Part shown: positions 24,587-35,797 of the stretch, one piece after another
Position numbering within the stretch: the stretch's first letter is position 1
Layout: every line of letters begins with the position of its first letter
Assembly (NCBI GenBank): GCA_036785375.1
Contig: JAWMAR010000210.1
Coordinates: forward strand, 3,224,001 to 3,288,000
Source of the DNA: Leucoraja ocellata
Taxonomy: Eukaryota
Direction: 5' to 3'
Length of the DNA stretch: 64,000 bases
The notes under the pieces: model-generated
What the model was told of the DNA's origin: nothing
What the model saw: the letters and a program-made list of their open reading frames with translations, nothing else
Databases searched by the model: none
Position numbers and translations under genes: made by a program

Positions 24587-24750
24587 TGTGGAGGAAGGAA
24601 CTGCAGATGCTGGTTTAAAGCGAAGATAGACACAAAAAGCTGGTGTAACGCAGTGGGTCAAACAGCATCTCTGGGGGAAAGGAATAGATGACGTTTCGGG
24701 TCGAGACCCTTCTTCAGACTGAGAGTCAGGGGAAAGGGAAATGAGAGCTA
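24587..24750 (-). mobile_element. Penelope-derived short element
   Basis: Close to family consensus, includes the perfect ribozyme core. Confidence 0.82.
24690..24717 (-). ncRNA. Minimal hammerhead ribozyme core (perfect copy, antisense to TMEFF2)
   Basis: Reverse complement reads CTGAAGAAGGGTCTCGACCCGAAACGTC. Confidence 0.68.
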
Positions 24751-25179
24751 TAGGTCATGGCCTGCTTCAATTTACTTGGTACATTTACACATTTAAAAAG
24801 CATTTGGATGAACAAATGAATCGCTGAAGGATTGAAGGCCATAGACCAAGTGCTAGTAAATTTGATTAGTATAGATAGGTATTTGATGGTCGGCAAAGAT
24901 ATGGTGACTTAAGAGCTTGCTCCTATGTTATATGGCTCTGACTCTGTGGAATCAGACAAGTATCCACAGTGTGAGGTGAGGCAACAACATCGATATTTGT
25001 GTTAGTTCTGTGGTATTCAATTTTATTGACTAAAACCAGAATAAACATTTTGGAAGTTAAATTAAAAAGCTTGCAAGGAGGTGAGGGGGGGGGGGTATTT
25101 TGTTTAGTAAGTTATTATCTATGCTTTCCTGCAATAATGGTGCAAGTAAATTTAGTATTACCTTTAGTATTACCAAGAG

Positions 25180-25890
25180 CTGGAAGGCAGATTGTTATCT
25201 GAAAGGTGTCATTAGGAAAAGGGGAAGTACAAGATCTGGGGGTCCTTGTTCATCAGTCACTGAAAGTCAGCATGCAGGTACAGCAGGTGAAGAAAGCAAA
25301 TGGCATGTTGGCCTTCATAACAAGAGGAGTTGAGTATAGGAGCAAAGAGGTCCTTCTGCTGTTGTACAGAGCCCTAGTGAGACCACACCTGGAGTATTGT
25401 GTGCAGTTTTAGTCTCCAAATCTGAGGAAGGACATTCTTGCTATTGTGGGAGTGCAGCAAGGGTTCAAAAGGTTAATTCCCGGGATGGCTGGACTGTCAT
25501 GCTGAAAGAATGGAGCGACTCAGCTTGTATGCACTGGAATTTAGAAGGATGAGAGGGTATCTTATTGAAACATATAAGATTATTAAGGGGTTGGTCACGC
25601 TAGAGGCAGGAAACATGTTCCCGATGTTGGGGGAAGTCCAGAACCTGGGGCCACCGTTTTAGAATAAGGGGTTGGCCATTTAGAACGGAGATGAAGAAAA
25701 ACTTTTTCACCCTGAGAGTTGTGAATCTGTCGAATTCTCTCCCTCAAAAGGCAGTGGAGGCCAATTTTCTGGATGCTTTCAAGAGAGAGTTAGATAAAGC
25801 TTAAATATAGCAGAGTCAGGGATATGGGGAGAAGGCAGGAACGGGATACTAATTGTGGATGATCAGCTATGATCACAGTGAATGGCCGAT
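25180..25890 (+). mobile_element. CR1/HER1 LINE 3' fragment
   Basis: Peptide DLGVLVHQSLKVSMQVQ..KKANGMLAFITRG..LYRALVRPHLEYCVQF, plus 3' UTR. Confidence 0.9.
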
Positions 25891-26847
25891 TGAGGGGGGG
25901 TGGGGGGGGGGGGGGGTCACAAATAGAAATGTGAAAATGAGAAGACTCTAAAGGTTAGGCAGTGGATGGGTGGGCAGCCATTTCAGAGAGCTAATGTGGG
26001 CACGGAGGGCCAATTAACCTTTTCCCTCAGTCCTTAATGGTTCTGCGATACAAAGTTACTGTTGTAATGAAAGCAGCGGAACAGTGTTAGGAATATGCTA
26101 ATATGGGTATATCAGGATTAATATGAAAATACTGCATTACATCTCGCTGAAAGATTTGAGTTGCCATGTATACTCTCAGAAAAGGAGCAAATTGACCACA
26201 TAAATTTGCTGTATTGTAACACCAAATAAAACAAGTTAAATGTCTTGCAATGTGTCATTTCTATTTTTGTCATTTTTATTTAGTTATAATAAATTAGAAT
26301 ACTGATACCAAAGCAGGGAAAATTCACATAGATCAGTCCTGATTTTCACTACCCATATTATGTTTTTATCCACATTTTCCTATTTTTCCGGGATTTTCCT
26401 GAGACCATTTAAGATGATCGTGGAATCTTGCAAAGGAGAGAAAGGTCGGTTGGACCATCATGTCTGCTCTAAAAAGAGCTGTTGCATTTGTCCAGCTGTT
26501 GCATTGTTCCCATAATTCAGCATTATTTTCCTTTGAAATTAGATGCAGACAATATCACGTTTGAAAGTTGCCTTTGTATCTGTTGCCTTCTGGTGCAATT
26601 TATTTCTCCGAGAGAATATTCCCTGACACCACTGCTTCTTCTGTGGATTTTCCTAGATCCTTGCGTACTTTAGTTCCCTCCTGGCAATGCAAGCTAGTTC
26701 TCCTGTTTCCGTAATCTTGAAACTGTCTCTTATTCTTGACTGCTTTAGTTTGTCTTTAGTTTTTTTTTTGTATGACTGCAATCGCTCAGTCTTGGTTTCA
26801 TTCTGGGAAATCCCCTCTAAAATCTTCCCGGATTCTTGCCCTTCTTA

Positions 26848-27074
26848 TGCCCCTGTCCCACTTAGGAAACCTGAACGGAAACCTCTGGAGACTTTGCGCC
26901 CCACCCAAGGTTTCCGTGCGGTTCCCGGAGGTTGCTGGTGGTTTCCGGAGGTTGCAGGTAGTGGAAGCAGGTAGGGAGACTGACAAAAACCTCCGGGAAC
27001 CTCACATAAAACCTTGGGTGGAGCTCAAAGTCTCCAGAGGTTTCCGTTCAGGTTTCCTAAGTGGGACAGGGGCA
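26848..27074. mobile_element. Palindromic MITE with ~85-bp arms
   Basis: First 49 bp of the arms are a perfect inverted repeat (TGCCCCTGTCCCACTTAGGAAACC...); TTA TSD at 26845-47 and 27075-77. Confidence 0.88.
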
Positions 27075-28248
27075 TTAGTGTATGTCGCCCAACATTTAAC
27101 ACAATTCTCTCGTCAAGGCCTTGCCAGTCATTTTATAAATACTTAACAAGCAAAACGATGTTTCCTTGGGCTGAAAATTATAATGGCAATATTAAGGTCC
27201 TGACACATTAATACTTGCCTATGTGATTACTTAGGCCTTTGTTCCTGGCCCTTTAATTTAAACTGTGTAGTTATGTATCCATTCTTCTTCCCAAAAGTGC
27301 ATCACTTCACACATCTCTGCATTAAATTTCATCTACATATGTCTGCCCATTTCACCAGCTGAATGTGTCTTCCTGAGAGCTGTCACTTGTTTGTTCAGTG
27401 TTTCTAAGCTTTCAAAGATACCACAATCCCTAAAATCATTACTATAATTATCTTACGTACTGCGACAATCCAAAATGTTTTAAATATAAATGAAAAAGTG
27501 TGACAAGCCTAATACTATATGGCATCTTTTTGTTTCCCTCTCGGATGAAACAAAAGGGTTCACCACAACCTTGTTTTTTTCCTCTGGACCAATTTAATAT
27601 CCACGGTGCTTTGTCTCTTTAATCCCATAGATTTAAATTTTGATATCAGAACCCTTTCAACATATATATGCACAAGTACCACCAACAACCTTTTCCATTA
27701 GCACATCAAAGCTTTATTTAATGCAACCATGCTGGCTGCTATTCATTAACACAAGTGATTTTTATTTTTGATTTGGTTTTTTCTTCTTACACCAGTGTAA
27801 GGCAAACTGAGCTCTAGTTCATCCCTCTCCCCTTTCTCAAACAGGAATGTAACATGTGCAACCTTCCAGCCATCTTACACCACTCCCATGTCCATCCAAG
27901 TAGGATTGAAGGATTGTGGCCAGATCCACCCATGCTCACCTCAAAATCCTAGGATGCTCACCATCTGGACCAGTTCAACTTTTAAGCACTGCCAACTTTT
28001 AAACTCATTTCTATCCCTATCCCACTTTTTTTCAACCTCCTTCATTTTGATTTGCTCACATTGTTTGCAAAATCAGATACTCAAGTATTAATTCACTCCC
28101 TGACCCATGCCTTCCCCACAAATATTGCGTTCCATCCTTTGGCTAACATTTTTACCTTTTTGGGTTGTGTTGTAACTTCCTGGTCAACAGACTATGTTGA
28201 AGAGAGGATAGGTGCGGTGAAGTGTGTGTGTGAATTAGTCAGTGAACA

Positions 28249-28978
28249 ATACGGTGGCGCAGCGGTAGAGTTGCTGCCTTACAGCGCCAGAGACCCAGGT
28301 TCGATCCTGACAACGGGTGCTGTCTGTATGGAGTTTGTACGTTCTCCCCGTGACCTGCATGGGTTTTCTCCGGGTGCTCCGGGTTCCTCGTACACGTTTT
28401 CAGGTTAATTGGCTTGGTAAAATTGTAATCTCTAGTGTGTGTAGGATAGTGTTAAGGCCCTGTCCCACGTGCATGCGACCTGCATGCAGCAAGCGCGACC
28501 TAAAGGGCCGGTCGCACCAGCATGCGCCTGCATGCAGCAAGCGCGACCAAACCAGAAGCGGGGGCCGCACAGAGGTTGAGTGAGTGAAATGAAATTCGAG
28601 CGAAGTCCGCCGGAAGTTCGCGCGTGACGTACGGCGTCGAGGTGGCTGTGTGCCGGCAGGCCGTTGCCGCGCGCGGCGGAATTTTTAAACACGGTCAGTT
28701 TTTCTGAGCCCCGCGCGTTGTCGGGACCAGCTCCACACAACTCCATACGGCTTCGGCGATCAAAGTGGGACCAGCCCTGCGAGGCCGTACGGCTCAAGCG
28801 ACCACGTAAAGTCGCGCTTGCCGCATGCAGGCGCATGCTGGTGGGACCGGCCCTTTAGGTGGCGCTTGCCGCATGGAGTCACATGCTCGTGGGACAGGCC
28901 CTTTAGTGTGCCGAGATCACTCATTAGCCCAGACTCAGTGGGCCGAAGGGTGTCTCTATACTAAACTAAACTAAACTA
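28249..28978 (+). mobile_element. HE1-type tRNA SINE interrupted by a MITE at 28455-28902
   Basis: Head ggtggcgcagcggtagag..ggttcgatcc. The SINE resumes after the TTA duplication and ends (ctaaa)n. Confidence 0.85.
28455..28902. mobile_element. PIF/Harbinger-type MITE (same family) with doubled TIRs at both ends
   Basis: TTA TSD (28452-54, 28903-05). Inner unit 28504-28854 is enclosed by extra ~46-bp TIR copies. Confidence 0.87.
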
Positions 28979-29034
28979 GGTGAAGCTTTCAGCCATGTGT
29001 TTATCAAAACCACTTTATTCCAGTTAATTGTGAC

Positions 29035-29360
29035 ATATCCTGGCAGTCGTGTCCCTGAATCAGAAGGTTGTGGGTTCAAGTCTCACTTCAGCAACTTAAG
29101 CACAAACATTGAGGTTAGCTCTCCAATCCAATACCCGAATGAGGGCTGCATCAAACTAAGACCGTGTCTCCGGCAGCATGTGGGATTAAAATACGAAGCA
29201 GAGCAGAGGAGTTTTGTTGGCCAATATTTACCTCTCACTCAATATCACACAAACAGACCTTCTGGTCATTACCACTTCGCTACTTGTCAGAGCTTACTGA
29301 GTGCTACTTTTCGTATATGACTAAAGTGATTCCTCTTCAAAAGTCCAAAAATAACTATAA
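29035..29360 (+). mobile_element. Ancient DeuSINE/SacSINE1-like relic
   Basis: tRNA-like head gaatcagaaggttgtgggttcaagtc, then gaagcagagcagaggagt..tggccaatatttacctctca..tctggtcatta, as in Deu-domain SINEs (recognised from memory). Confidence 0.55.
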
Positions 29361-30894
29361 AGGCTTTTTTTATAATTGTTAGTCATTTTCCTCTTTCAAT
29401 TAAACCAGTATCATATTTCTGTATTTCCTAACAAAAACCAAATCAGGTATAATAACGGTGCATACATCTCAATTTTGACGGGTTTCGGCCCGAAACGTTG
29501 CCTGGTTTCCTTCACTCCATAGATGCTGCTGCACCCGCTGAGTTTCTCCAGCATTTTTGTGTCCCTTCAATTTTGACTTCACTGTTCAATGGCATGTGGA
29601 AGCATAACATTTAATAGAATTTGGAAGTGTCTGCACAATGTTAAGAAGGCAGAGCATGCACTTAAATACAATAAGGTGCTGAATCTTTATCACCTGGACA
29701 GTGTTAGTTCATGTCTATAATATCACACAGGCTCTTCACAAAATGTATGAGGCTGCACAGTTTGACCCCTCTACAGAGAGGAATTCACTCATTTTGAAGG
29801 TTCTTTGTGAACATGTGTCTCCCTTGTTCTCGCTCACATACTTGGACTTGGCGAGTGAGGTTTCACTTTCTGGACATTTGGTTCCTTGCATAGTACTAAT
29901 GAGCAACGGCAGTTGGCGTTTGTAGGTAGTGTGCTTCGGAGGGCGTAACAGTGCAAACTCTCCGTAAGTAGGTGTTGATGCTTATCCGGGTTGTGGATGG
30001 TAGTATTGACAAACAGGAGACCACCAGAAAAGAATGTGTGAGGCAGCAGGTGTTAGAGATGCACTGTGGATCAATAGTCAACAGTTTTCAGGTTCCTGTA
30101 CCTTCTTCCCGATGGCAGGGGTAACGATAAGTGTGCGTGGCCCAGGGTGGTGTGGGTCCATGATGATGCTGGCTGCTTCGAGCGATACAATTTCTCCCAA
30201 TGTGGGTCACGTCATGTCACTGTCTTTCGCAATGTCTCTTCATCGGCTAAGAGAGTGACACCAGAATGGGAAGTACCTTAATGAGGCCAGCAAATGTATG
30301 CAGATCTTCAAAGGATTTACACCCTATGAATGCTATCTTGAATATAATGCATACAGTCCTTCCCTTGGCCCTTCAATGGTCCCACTGATTTGCAGCATAA
30401 TATTCAGAGCGTATTTCTTGCCGGAAGATATGAGAGCCTTGTCTCAAGAGGAAAAGTCCAGGTCAGGCCCATAGAATCAAAACTGAGGAATGCACTCAAT
30501 TGCCTACCTTCGATCAGGACAATGACCTGTGCAGCCAGCTTCTACCTCAACAGACGTTGCACAGAAGAGGCAGGATGAAAAGTAAAGAATTGTTCTTGTG
30601 TGAGGATGTTTTATGAAAAACACAAAGTGCTTGAGGCACTCAGTGGGTAATGCAACATCTGTGGAGAAAATGAACAGATGATGTTTTGGGTCAGGACCCT
30701 TCCACAGATGTTGCCTGACCCGCCGAGTTGTTGCAACGCTTTATGTTTTGCTCAAGATTCCAGCAACCGCAGCTCTTTGTGTCTCCAGGGTAATTTATGT
30801 GCCATGGGCGTTTTAATTCATATTAGGAATTTCAAGAGGATTACGTTTATTCTTTAGCCTCGCAAAAATATTTTTGACACCACATTCTCATACG

Positions 30895-31292
30895 ATCATA
30901 AGTGGTAGGAGCAGAATTAGGGCATTCGGCCCATCAAGTCTACTGTCATTCAATCGTCGCTGATCTATCTCTCCCTCCTAACCCTATTCTCCTGCCTTCT
31001 CCCCATAACCTCTGATACCTGCACTAATCCAAGAAACCTGAGAAAAAGTATGCATATTACTAACTCAAGAGTGAGTTAGATTTAGCTCTTCAGGGAAAAA
31101 GGAATCAAGGGATATGGGGAGAGAGCAGGAACGAGGGATTGATTTTAGATGATCAGCCATGATCATATTGAATGGTGATGCTTTTTTTCGAAAGGCCGAA
31201 TAGCCTACTCCATTCCTTCTCTCCAGAGATGCTGCCTGTCCCGCTGAGTTACTCCACCATTTTGTGTCTACCCTATTTTTCTATGTTTCTAT
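30895..31292. mobile_element. Two opposed CR1 3' ends plus a Penelope-derived fragment
   Basis: CR1 3' UTR motifs on - (30895-31030) and + (31065-31292); ctccagagatgctgcctgtccc insert at ~31210-31272. Confidence 0.7.
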
Positions 31293-32044
31293 ATTTACTT
31301 TCAGGTCTTATAAATTTTAACTTGTGTATAATGGAGGATATCGAATGATGCTGAACATTGGAAGGGGAACAAGGATATTTGCGGGATAGGGTTGTGGAAG
31401 GCGGTGGGAGGCTTTCGTGAGTCATGCATCAATAAGGACATTATGGGCATCCCAGTCTCTGATGGGCTCTGCTCCTCTTGTAATGCATACGTCACTTTGC
31501 ATCCGATGATGGCCTGTCCTCTCCAATATATGTATCCTCAGTGTCTAACCCCCACTGTAGCCCTTTGTTACGCAGAATGCTGCACAGCGGTGTGTTGGAG
31601 CCCCTGACGGTTGCAGATGAAGTCACCTGCAAATCTGTAAAATAATCTGTACCACCTCCCAGGCATGTCAGTGGATTACACAACAAGACATAACATCTTT
31701 CATGCAGGTTTGGTTGTACTGTTTATTGGTTGGACTACTCACTACTATCCTTGGTTAAGCAGTGTAGGCTGCATCACTTGTCGCCAATCAGCTAGCAGCA
31801 CTTCTGCTGGGAAGTACGGGTGGGATCCCTTGCAAATGATGATCACTCATGGATCATTGTGGGGTGGGTGGGGCCTTGATTGTCACATATTGATGACACC
31901 CTACCCCTGTGACAAAGCAGAGCTGCACATGTTGAATTATATCCTGTCTGTCACTCAGTCATCCAGTCTGAGTAAGGGTCCCGGCCCGAAACATTATCTA
32001 TCCTTTTCCTCCACAGATACTACCTGACTCACTAAACTAAACCT

Positions 32045-33288
32045 TTTAGTTTAAAGATACAGCATGGAAACAGGCCCTTCGGCCCACCGAGTCCGCATCG
32101 ACCAGCGGTCCCTGCACACTAGGGACTGTTTTACATTTATACCAAGCCAATTAACCTACAAACCTGTACGTCTTTGGAGTGTGGGAGGAAACCGAAGATC
32201 GCTGAGAAAATCCACCCGGTCACAGGGAGAAAATAAAACTCCGTACAGACAGCACCCATAAACATAGGAAATAGGTGCAGGAGTAGGCCATTTGGCCCTT
32301 CGAGCCAGCACCGCCATTCAATGTGATCATGGCTAATCATCCAAAATTAGTACCCCATTCCTGCTTTCTCCCCATATCCCATGATTCCATTAGCCCTAAG
32401 AGCTATATCTAACTCTCTATTGAAAACATCCAGTGCCTTCTGTGGCAGAGATTTCCACAGATTCACAACTCTCTGGGTAAAAAGTTTTTCCTCATCAGTC
32501 CTAAATGGCCTACCCCTTATTCTTACACTGTGACCCCTGGTTCTGGACTCCCCCAACATCAGGAACATTTTCCCTGCATCTAGCCTGTCCAAACCCTTAA
32601 GAATGTTATATGTTTCTATAAGGTCCCCTTCCAAATTCCAGTGAATATAAGCCCAGTCGATCCATTCATTCATCATATGTCAGTCCCGTCATAGAAACAT
32701 AGAAACATAGAAATTAGATGCAGGAGTAGGCCATTCGGCCCTTCGAGCCATTCGGCCATTCAATATGATCATGGCTGATCATCCAACTCAGTATCCCGTA
32801 CCTGCCTTCTCCCCATACCCTCTGATCCCCTTAGCCACAAGGGCCACATCTAACTCCCTCTTAAATATAGCCAATGAACTGGCCTCAACTACCCTCTGTG
32901 GCAGAGAGTTCCAGAGATTCACCACTCTCTGTTTGAAAAATGTTTTTCTCATCTCGGTTTTAAAGGATTTCCCCCTTATCCCAGTCATCCCGGGAATTAA
33001 CCTGGTGAACCTACGCTGCACTCCCCCAACAGCAAGAATGTCCTTCCTCAAATTAGGAGACCAAAACTGCGCACAATACTGCAGGTGTGGTCTCACCACG
33101 GCCCTGTACAACTATTTTCTAAAATATTTTACAGTCAGTAAAATAGTTTTGAAGTATGTCATTACTGAGGTGCAGAAAATGTGGGAGCTACTGTGCATAT
33201 AGCAAGCTCACACAAGAGCAGGATCGAACCCGGTTCTCTGGTGCTGTAAGCGCTATAAGGCAGCACTCTACCGCTGCGCCACCTTGCC
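32045..33288 (-). mobile_element. HE1-type SINE (32045-32257 and ~33220-33288) split by two stacked CR1/HER1 3' ends (32258-33112)
   Basis: SINE body and head on either side. CR1 peptides YRAVVRPHLQYCAQFWSP and TRGHSVRIRGRPFRT; tails (catagaaa)n. Confidence 0.82.
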
Positions 33289-33838
33289 GCCCCCCACCAC
33301 TTTGTTTGCTTGTCCACAATAGAAACATGGGAGATTTAATAGCTGGCAGTAGATCCATCAATAGTTGCAGATGATCCATCTGTTACCTGCCATGTGCATT
33401 GGTGCAAGTCTGACACCAATATTCTACATCTGTCCCTAGCTAAGCCCTGGAAGGATACTGATGCAGAGCAGTTATGGATGGTGGGCATTTTGACAGCAAT
33501 CTGTGAGGTGTGGCCACAAAGGACGAACAGGCAGCACGTCATGTTCTAATGTTCTGCAAATATCACTTGATATGACATCCTGAGGCTGGCAATCAGACTT
33601 ATCAAAGCGGTCAGACACAAAAAGCTGGAGTAACTCAACGGGTCAGGCACCATCTCTGTGGAAAAGGAATAAGTAACGTTTCGGGTCGAGAACCATCTTC
33701 AGACTGAGAGTCAGGGGAAAGGGAACCAAGAGATATAGAAGGTAGATAGAACAATTGAATGAAAGATATGCAAAAGGCAATGCTGATCCAGAAAATGCGG
33801 AGCCCACAATGGTACACTTGGCTGTGAGGAAAGTGATA

Positions 33839-34634
33839 GTTTGGAGTGGCGGCGCTGCCTTAGCAGCTGCGGCTCGCCTGCAGTTCCTGTTCTTTCTTTT
33901 CTTTGTTGTTTTCTTGTCCTGTTTGAGGTTGTTAATTTGAATTATTAGGTTGTGTATGTGTAGGGGGTGGGGGGGAGAAACGTGTTTTAGTCTTTTCCTT
34001 CGGGGAGATACAACTTTTCTTGTCGTATCCCCCGTCTCCGTCTCAGTCTGCGCTGAGGCCTAATGGCGGAGCTGGCGGCCTCCAACTGCGACCGACCTCG
34101 AGTCTCCGGAGGCAAAGCCAGTCAGGACTTACCAGCGTGAGGCTGGACAACTTCAGGGCTGTGGCGGGTTCCGGCGGCGGCGACCCGACTTCGGAGGCTC
34201 GGCCCAGTAGACGACATCGTCTGGAGCTCGCAGGTCACAGGTTGGCAACCTGTTTTTCCGGAGCTCCCGTGGCAACAGCTGCGTCCGCTGGACTGGAGGG
34301 CGGCAGCTTCGACCACCCCGGGCCGCGGAGATTGAACCGGCCCGTTCGCGGAGCACGGTTGAGCCGCCGGACTTATTTATCATCACCTGGTGGGGGTCAC
34401 AACATCGGAGGCCTGGATCGCCAGCGCATAGGGAGAACAAGGAGGGAAGAGACAAAGACTTAAGATTTTTGCCTTCCATCACTGTGAGGAAGTGTCTGGT
34501 GAACTCACTGTGGTGGATGTTAAATTTGTGTTTATTGTGTGTTTTGTTATTTTTATTATATGTATGACTGCAAGGCAACGAAATTTCGTTCAGACCAAAA
34601 AGTCTGAATGACAATAAAGTTTCCAAGATTCCAA
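33839..34634 (+). mobile_element. GC-rich non-autonomous retroposon with LINE-type tail, inserted into a Penelope-derived element (33614-33838, resuming at 34635)
   Basis: CpG-rich body, 3' hairpin (cagac-caaaaa-gtctg), gacaataaa signal and (TTCCAAGA)n tail. A ccttccatcac.gtg module is shared with 8685-8910 (-) and 46862-47030 (-). Confidence 0.65.
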
Positions 34635-35478
34635 GATAACGAGTGATACAAACGGTGAAACTCAGCAGGACAGCAGTGAAGCCAATACGATGACTGGGGT
34701 GGGAGAGGGACAGAGAGAGAGGGGGTACTTTGAAGATAAATCTTATCCAGGTGGTTATCACCTGCTGACATGGCTTCTGATGAGCTCCATCTCTCTACTG
34801 ATGTCCTCTCCCCCTGTGCCGATGGATTTATATGAGGAACAGCTTGTTGCTGTTTTGGAGGCTCTTGGTGTTGTAGATTGTTGTCCTGTGGAAGCACCTC
34901 AGAGCACCCGAGGTGATGTGGCGGTTGAGAGCTCAAAAACCAATGGACATGAGCCCACCTTCAAAGTCAACAAAGTTTACAAACTTGGTTGCAAATGGAG
35001 TGACCATTTTTCAAGCTAGCTGCACAGTTTCCCGATACAAATTCTGTAAATAATGCATTTCACAGATTCATCCAAGTGGCAGCTATGAGGCCGGAATATT
35101 TATGACAGCTTTTCTATCCTTTCCAACCCTAACCCAACCTGACTACTTTCACCTTTATTGTACCAGCGAGTTCCAGAGAACTTTGGCAACGTGTGCACGT
35201 GGTTAACTTCCCAGACTGGTATAAATATGCTTGTAATGAGCGATGACTGTTTTGAAAGTACCTGCCCACCTCTCCCATGCAGATTTCTTAAATATAGCCT
35301 GATAGACGTTACTTTTCCAATCTGTTGTCACATTTGATGTATTTGATCTGCCACCACTTGTTGAAATTAAAATTACCACTGGTATGTTTTTAAACGCGTT
35401 TCAGTGCTCCCTTTTGTTATCTGCTAATGTAACCTCATTCATTCCCCGTGCTCCTAATTTTCTTTACAGTTTGCTTCA

Positions 35479-35797
35479 GGCGGTACGGTGGCGCAGCAGT
35501 AGAGCTGCTGCCTTACAACGAATACAGCGCCGGAGACCCGGGTTCGATCCCGACTACAGGTGCTGTCTGTTTGGACTTTTTACGTTCTCCCCGTGACCTG
35601 CGTGGGTTTTCTCCGAGATCTTCGGTTTCCTTCCACACTCCAAAGACGTACCGGTTTGTAGGTTAATTGGCTTGGTAAATGTAAAAATTGTCCCTAGTGG
35701 GTGTAGGATGGTGTTAATTTGCGGGGATCACTGGTCGGCGCGGACCCGGTGGACCGAAGGGCCTGTTTCCGCGCTGTATCTCTAAAACTAAAAACTA
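35479..35797 (+). mobile_element. Full-length HE1-type tRNA SINE
   Basis: A box TGGCGCAGCAGTAG, B box GGTTCGATCC (35541-35550), central domain, tail gggcctgtttccgcgctgtatctctaaaactaaaaactaa. Confidence 0.9.

Noticed and set aside
25893-25917. Poly-G/poly-C runs (also 18186-18203, 60419-60452) as functional G-quadruplex elements
   Set aside because: Homopolymer lengths are error-prone in assemblies and two of the runs are attached to repeats; no independent support.
34020-34463. 147-aa ORF in the GC-rich insert
   Set aside because: Lies within a retroposon, has no recognisable domain and is explained by GC content.
35479-35560. tRNA gene
   Set aside because: The A/B boxes belong to the head of a multi-copy SINE; no complete cloverleaf or terminator.
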